DNA of 64,000 nucleotides from Polyangiaceae bacterium (lineage in GTDB: Bacteria; Myxococcota_A; Polyangia; Polyangiales; Polyangiaceae), in NCBI GenBank assembly GCA_965222375.1, contig CBDCTZ010000013.1:640001-704000 (forward strand). Direction: 5' to 3'. A program made the translations under genes and the position numbers. Positions 58,606 to 64,000 of this stretch are shown in pieces. Every line of letters begins with the position of its first letter. Position 1 is the stretch's first letter. The notes beneath the pieces were generated by a model, which was not told where the DNA came from, ran no database searches, and saw only the letters and a list, made by a program, of their open reading frames with translations.

Positions 58606-60018
58606 TCAAATGTCGTAATACAAAAAGAACTCCACCGGCGTGGGATGCATGCGGGTGAATTGGACTTCGCGCTCGCGCTTGTAGTCCAGCCACATCTCGA
58701 CAGCGTCTCGCGTGAACACGTCGCCCTTGAGCATGAACTCGTGGTCCCGCTCCAGCGCGTCGAGTGCGTCTTCGAGGGAGACCGGCACCTGAGCGACCTC
58801 TTTGAGCTCCTCGGGGGACAAGGAGTAGATGTCCTTGTCCAGAGGATCCCCGGGATCGATCTTGTTTTGAATACCGTCCAGGCCCGCCATCATCATCGCG
58901 GAAAACGCGATGTAGGGGTTGCAGGTCGGATCCGGGAAACGCAGTTCGAGCCGCCGCGCCTTCGGGGAAGGCGAGTAGGTCGAAATGCGAATCGCGGCCG
59001 AGCGGTTCCGGCTCGAATAGGCCAAATTCACCGGCGCCTCGAAGCCCGGGATCAGGCGGCGATAGCTGTTGGTGGTCGGGTTCGTGAGCGCCGTCAGCGC
59101 ACGCGCATGCTTCAAGATCCCACCGATGTACCAGAGCGCCAGGTCCGAGAGCCCGGCATAGCCGTCACCCGCGAAGAGGGGTTTGCCCTCCGCCCAGAGC
59201 GACTGATGGCAGTGCATGCCGTTGCCGTTGTCGCCGTAGATGGGCTTGGGCATGAAGGTCGCACTCTTGTTCCAGCGATGCGCCACATTCTTCACGATGT
59301 GCTTGAACCACATCAACTTGTCGGCGCAGCGCACCAAGCTGTCATACTTCATGTCGATCTCGCCCTGACCGGCCGTGGCGACTTCGTGGTGGCTGACCTC
59401 CACTTCGATGCCCGCCTTCTTCATCTCGAGGCAGATCTCGGTGCGCAGATCCATCTGCGTGTCTTGGGGTGGTAGTGGGAAGTATCCTTCCTTGTGTCGG
59501 ATCTTGTGGCCGAGGTTGGGGCCCTCATCCTTGCCGGTGTTCCAGTCGGCCTCGATGGAGTCGATGTGGTAGTAGGCCTCGTTGATTCCGGCGTCGAAAC
59601 GAACGTCGTCAAAGATGAAGAACTCGGCTTCCGGACCGAAGTACACCGTGTCTGCAATGCCCGTGCTCTTCAGATAGGCCTCGGCCTTTTTGGCGATGTG
59701 GCGGGGGTCCCGAGAGTAGTTTTGCCGGGTGATCGTGTCCTGAATCGTGCACTGCAGGCTCAGGGTGGGATACTTCGTGAAAGGGTCCATCACCGCCGTG
59801 GCGGAGTCCGGCATCAGGAGCATGTCGCTCTGATTGATTGGCTGGAAGCCGCGAATGCTGGAACCGTCAAAGCCGAACCCTTCCTCGAAGCTCTCCACCT
59901 CCAAGCGCTCGAAAGGCACGCTGGTGTGCTGCCACTTTCCGGGCAGGTCGATGAACTTCAAGTCCACCATCACGGCTTTGTTTTTCTTACCCAACTCGAT
60001 TGCGTCTTTCGGATTCAT
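58606..60018 (-). CDS. glnA: Glutamine synthetase type I
   Basis: [40 protein letters not shown] and adenylylation-site KDIY. Confidence 0.98.
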   Translation of the reverse strand: MNPKDAIELGKKNKAVMVDLKFIDLPGKWQHTSVPFERLEVESFEEGFGFDGSSIRGFQPINQSDMLLMPDSATAVMDPFTKYPTLSLQCTIQDTITRQNYSRDPRHIAKKAEAYLKSTGIADTVYFGPEAEFFIFDDVRFDAGINEAYYHIDSIEADWNTGKDEGPNLGHKIRHKEGYFPLPPQDTQMDLRTEICLEMKKAGIEVEVSHHEVATAGQGEIDMKYDSLVRCADKLMWFKHIVKNVAHRWNKSATFMPKPIYGDNGNGMHCHQSLWAEGKPLFAGDGYAGLSDLALWYIGGILKHARALTALTNPTTNSYRRLIPGFEAPVNLAYSSRNRSAAIRISTYSPSPKARRLELRFPDPTCNPYIAFSAMMMAGLDGIQNKIDPGDPLDKDIYSLSPEELKEVAQVPVSLEDALDALERDHEFMLKGDVFTRDAVEMWLDYKREREVQFTRMHPTPVEFFLYYDI

Positions 60019-60098
60019 CTGGCTGCTACTCCCTTTCACAGCGCTCGCTGGCGCTGCGCTCCAATTTGGCGGTGCGCGCGTGCGCACCCGCGTTTCGT

Positions 60099-60563
<465 letters not shown>

Positions 60564-60579
60564 TTAGAGTGGCTGCGGA

Positions 60580-61152
60580 ATGCACATCCAGCAGCAGCAC
60601 GCGGCAGGCCAAGGCCCGCCTGGCTACCCACCCGGCGGTGGGGGCTACGGACCGCCACCCGGCGGTGGGGGCTACGGACCGCCCCCAGGGCCCGCAGGGC
60701 CACCGGGCTTCGGGCCCCCACCCGGCCCCGGGGGCCACGGCTCTGCCTTCAACCAGCCGCCCGGTTTCGCGTCTCCTCCGGCAGGAGGGCCCGGCGGCAA
60801 GAAGACGGATCAGCTGGCAATTGCCGGCCTCGTGTGCAGCATTCTCGGCCTCGTTGGCGCGATCCTGAACGGCATCAGCGGGCTATTCGGCGCCTGCTGT
60901 GTGTTGTGCACGGTTGGGGCGACGGTCCTCGGGATTATCGTGCTCATCCCTAGCGGGGCGGGCGTAGTCATGGGAGCCATGAGCATCTCCCGCATCAACA
61001 AGCGGCCTGACGAACTGGAAGGCAAAGGCCTTGCAGTGGCGGCGTTGGTGATCGGCGCAATCGCGGTGATCGCTGCTCTGGCCGAGATCATCTTGCCGTG
61101 GCTCGGTATCGCTTGTTTTGCTGCTTCTGGCGCAGCGGGTGGCGGCCCCTGA
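60580..61152 (+). CDS. DUF4190-like membrane protein with Pro/Gly-rich N-terminus
   Basis: (GYGPPPGGG) repeats; LAIAGLVCSILG...GKGLAVAALVIG. Confidence 0.75.
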   Translation: MHIQQQHAAGQGPPGYPPGGGGYGPPPGGGGYGPPPGPAGPPGFGPPPGPGGHGSAFNQPPGFASPPAGGPGGKKTDQLAIAGLVCSILGLVGAILNGISGLFGACCVLCTVGATVLGIIVLIPSGAGVVMGAMSISRINKRPDELEGKGLAVAALVIGAIAVIAALAEIILPWLGIACFAASGAAGGGP

Positions 61153-61559
61153 TGTACGGCTTCTTCCGGCGTCGCGATCGCGCGGAAGTCCTAGGCATCG
61201 CGTTCACTGCCGCGTTCATCTTTGTCCTTTCCGCGCCGCCTCTCGCCGTGTCGGCATGGGTGAGCCCCGAGGACATCGAGACGGGTCGCGTCGCTCTCTC
61301 GGGGCCCTGCCCCTACAAAGCGGCCCACGGCGTGCCCTGCACGAGTTGCGGCTTGACCCGTGGCTTCGCTGCCATGAGTCGCGGCCGACTTGGAGACGCC
61401 GTCGGCTTCAATGCCCTGACGCCCTGGCTTTATTTCGCCTTCGCACTGGGGGCGGTCGCCAGCGGTGCGGTGCTGGTGCAATGTGCGCGGCGTTTCGCGC
61501 AACTGAGGCGAAAGCGCGACCAGGACGATCCGCGAACAAACCTCGCCACTCAAAGCTAG
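61152..61559 (+). CDS. DUF2752 family membrane protein
   Basis: CPYKAAHGVPCTSCGLTRGF...A..FN. Confidence 0.8.
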   Translation: MYGFFRRRDRAEVLGIAFTAAFIFVLSAPPLAVSAWVSPEDIETGRVALSGPCPYKAAHGVPCTSCGLTRGFAAMSRGRLGDAVGFNALTPWLYFAFALGAVASGAVLVQCARRFAQLRRKRDQDDPRTNLATQS

Positions 61560-61595
61560 GTCCCGGTCGGTGCTCCCAACAGCCGGCGCTCTCCG

Positions 61596-62579
61596 ATGAA
61601 GCCTCTCGCGTTTGCGCAAACTCCAACACCGGTTCGACGCCTCGATGCACTCAGCGATGGCCCGCTCGAGCTTTGGCTCAAGGACGACGGCCTGTCGCAT
61701 CCCGTGTACGGCGGGAACAAGGTGCGAAAGTTGGAGTACGTGCTGCCGGACGCCCTGCAGCGCGGCGCCAAACGCGTGGTGACCAGCGGCGCGGTGGGTA
61801 GCCACCAGGTTCTCGCGACGGCGCTGTTCGCCGGTGAACAAGGCTTGCCGGTGGTCGCGGTGGTCTGCCCGCAACGGCGAACGGAACACGCGGAGCACAT
61901 GCTGCGAGCCACGTTGGCTTCTGGCGCCGAACTCGTACCGGTGCGCTCCAAGCCCGCTGTCGGCATCCGTACCCTCGCGCTGCTGCGTCGCGGCGACTAC
62001 TTGCTACCCCCAGGTGCATCCAATGTCGTTGGCACGATGGGCTACGTCGCGGCGGCGCGTGAGTTGGTAACGCAAATCCGCAGTGGTGACGCACCAGATC
62101 CCGATGTGATCGTCGTGCCCTTGGGCTCTGGGGGCACTGCCGCCGGCCTGTTGGCGGGAGTGGTGCGAGAAGGCCTTCGTGCGCGCATCGTAGCGGTGAG
62201 CGTCGCACCCCCTGCCCGCGTGGGTCGAGCTATCGTGTTGTCTTTGGCCTACGCGGCCCTGCGCCGGGATGGCGGCGACGCGAGTCTGAGCTCGCTCTCT
62301 CGCCGGCTCGAGATCGATGGCGGCTACGTGGGCGGCGGCTACGGGGAACCCACGGCGGCGGGCCGAAACGCCATGCAGCACGCCGCGAATCTGGGGCTCG
62401 CGCTCGAGCTGACCTATACGGCCAAGGCTTTCGCCCGGGTGCTCGCCCAACGCGCCACCCAGCAGAAACCTGAGAAATGGCTCTACTGGCACACGCTGAG
62501 CAGCGCCCCTCTGGCGCCACTCTTCGGCCCCGGAGACACCGAGACCCCGGATGCTTTGGCTGCGTTATTGCGCACTTGA
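61596..62579 (+). CDS. PLP enzyme, D-cysteine desulfhydrase / ACC deaminase family
   Basis: GGNKVRKLEY, GSGGTAAG, LELTYTAK, WHT. Confidence 0.9.
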   Translation: MKPLAFAQTPTPVRRLDALSDGPLELWLKDDGLSHPVYGGNKVRKLEYVLPDALQRGAKRVVTSGAVGSHQVLATALFAGEQGLPVVAVVCPQRRTEHAEHMLRATLASGAELVPVRSKPAVGIRTLALLRRGDYLLPPGASNVVGTMGYVAAARELVTQIRSGDAPDPDVIVVPLGSGGTAAGLLAGVVREGLRARIVAVSVAPPARVGRAIVLSLAYAALRRDGGDASLSSLSRRLEIDGGYVGGGYGEPTAAGRNAMQHAANLGLALELTYTAKAFARVLAQRATQQKPEKWLYWHTLSSAPLAPLFGPGDTETPDALAALLRT

Positions 62580-62744
62580 CGACCACCACGCCTAGGGTCG
62601 GTTACGTAAATGGCTGATAATCCATGGCTTTAGGTGATTTCTTGAGCCGCGCCGGGGAGACATGCTGGCATACTGGTGCCCACGGTCGGGTTTCTCCTAG
62701 GCTTCGGACGGCGACCCCGGTCGCCCCTCGTTTTACGGCCCTAG

Positions 62745-64000
62745 ATGGCGGCTCCCCAGAATCGGTCTCAAGTCCCCACGGGCAGCGTGCTTGGGGAAAA
62801 GTTTCGCATCACGGAAGAGATTGGCCGTGGCGGGATGGCTGCGGTCTACGAAGCCGAAAACATCCACATCGGCAAACGCGTTGCAGTCAAGATCTTGAAC
62901 GCGGAACTGACGACCTCGCGCATCGTACGCGAGCGCTTTTTGCGCGAAGCGCGCGCCGCCGCCGCAATTCGTAGCCCGTTCATCTGCGACGTCTACGACT
63001 CGGGCATGTACGACGGGCGCCCATTCCTCGTCATGGAGCTGCTCGAAGGCGAGAGCCTCTACGACATGATGACCCGCGTGCGACGCCTGGACGCGCAGCT
63101 CACGCTCCGCATCGCCACCCACTCCTGCCGGGGCTTGGGCAAAGCCCATGAAGCGAACGTCATCCACCGAGACCTCAAGCCCGAAAATATCTTCCTGACC
63201 AAGTCCGAGGACGGCGAACTCGTCGCCAAGATCTTGGATTTCGGTCTGGCGAAGTTCTACGAGACCACCGAGCCCGACGAGAAAAACATCCGTTTGACGC
63301 GGGAAGGCGCTCTTTTCGGTACACCCGCCTATATGAGCCCGGAGCAAGCCAAGGGCCGCGGCGATGTCGACCATCGCGCTGACCTGTGGGCCCTGGGCTG
63401 CATCGTGTACGAGTGCTTGACCGCGCAAACGGTGTGGAACGTGGACCAAGGCGTGGCCATGATTCTTGCCCAAATCGCAGGCGCGCCGATCCCCAAACCC
63501 TCCAAACTGCGGCCCGACCTGCCGCCAGCGTTTGACGACTGGTTCCTGCGCGCTCTCGACCGGGACCCGTCCAAGCGCTTTCAGACAGCCCGAGAGTTTT
63601 CTGACGCTCTGACCGCGGCTCTGTCGCCCGATAGCGCTCCGGCGCGAGGGTCAGCCCCAAGCGATCAGGAAGGCGCGCTAGTTGACGAGCTGGTGAGTCA
63701 GAGCCACGCCATGTTGCCCGGCTCGCCGGACCCCGAGGGGCTGGACTTGCGTCCCGAAGAAATCGTGACGCTGCGCCCCAGCCCAAAGAAGAGCCGCTGG
63801 AAGCCCTTCGCCGCTTTGGGGGGCTTGGCCGCGTTGGGCTTCGGTGGTTACGCCTACTACTTCTACGTGCTGCACCCCAAGCAGGCGACCACGACACCCG
63901 CGCCTACTGCGTCAACGGCCGCAGCCGACGGCGGCGCCCCCGACGTCAAAGTGGTCGAAAAGCTCGCGCCCATCGAGCGGGAGCCTCACGCGCTTCAGAT
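62745..64000 (+). CDS. Membrane Ser/Thr protein kinase, 3'-partial (absent from the ORF track because it has no stop in the window)
   Basis: Translated by hand: MAAPQ..IGRGGMAAVY, VAVK, HRDLKPEN, DFGLAK, GTPAYMSPEQ, then a TM segment near 63810-63875. Confidence 0.9.
   Translation, partial: MAAPQNRSQVPTGSVLGEKFRITEEIGRGGMAAVYEAENIHIGKRVAVKILNAELTTSRIVRERFLREARAAAAIRSPFICDVYDSGMYDGRPFLVMELLEGESLYDMMTRVRRLDAQLTLRIATHSCRGLGKAHEANVIHRDLKPENIFLTKSEDGELVAKILDFGLAKFYETTEPDEKNIRLTREGALFGTPAYMSPEQAKGRGDVDHRADLWALGCIVYECLTAQTVWNVDQGVAMILAQIAGAPIPKPSKLRPDLPPAFDDWFLRALDRDPSKRFQTAREFSDALTAALSPDSAPARGSAPSDQEGALVDELVSQSHAMLPGSPDPEGLDLRPEEIVTLRPSPKKSRWKPFAALGGLAALGFGGYAYYFYVLHPKQATTTPAPTASTAAADGGAPDVKVVEKLAPIEREPHALQ

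Overview
High-GC bacterial chromosomal segment, inferred to be from a myxobacterium (Myxococcota, probably Polyangiales) because of its many Gly/Ser-linker Cys-rich lipoproteins, Ser/Thr kinases, a hybrid CheA and an FHA-GGDEF protein. It holds about 60 CDSs, tRNA-Thr(CGT) and a cobalamin riboswitch. Housekeeping genes include argJ, metK, glnB-glnA, dtd, ppx and a HIT protein. Notable loci: (1) a complete TonB-ExbB-ExbD-ExbD / TonB-dependent receptor / surface lipoprotein cluster divergent from a PhoB-like regulator, with Pho-box-like 11-bp-phased repeats in four promoter regions; (2) a translationally coupled lipoprotein operon around an 11-heme cytochrome c; (3) a B12 riboswitch ahead of a BtuH-like lipoprotein and a BtuB-like receptor; (4) a tRNA-Thr with a duplicated 3' end and adjacent 36-bp repeat / 36-bp spacer / repeat structure; (5) a decayed DUF559 nuclease gene flanked by palindromic repeat clusters and phased CTGACAT repeats. 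No cas genes, integrase or intact transposase were seen. Family assignments come from motif recognition by eye, not database searches.
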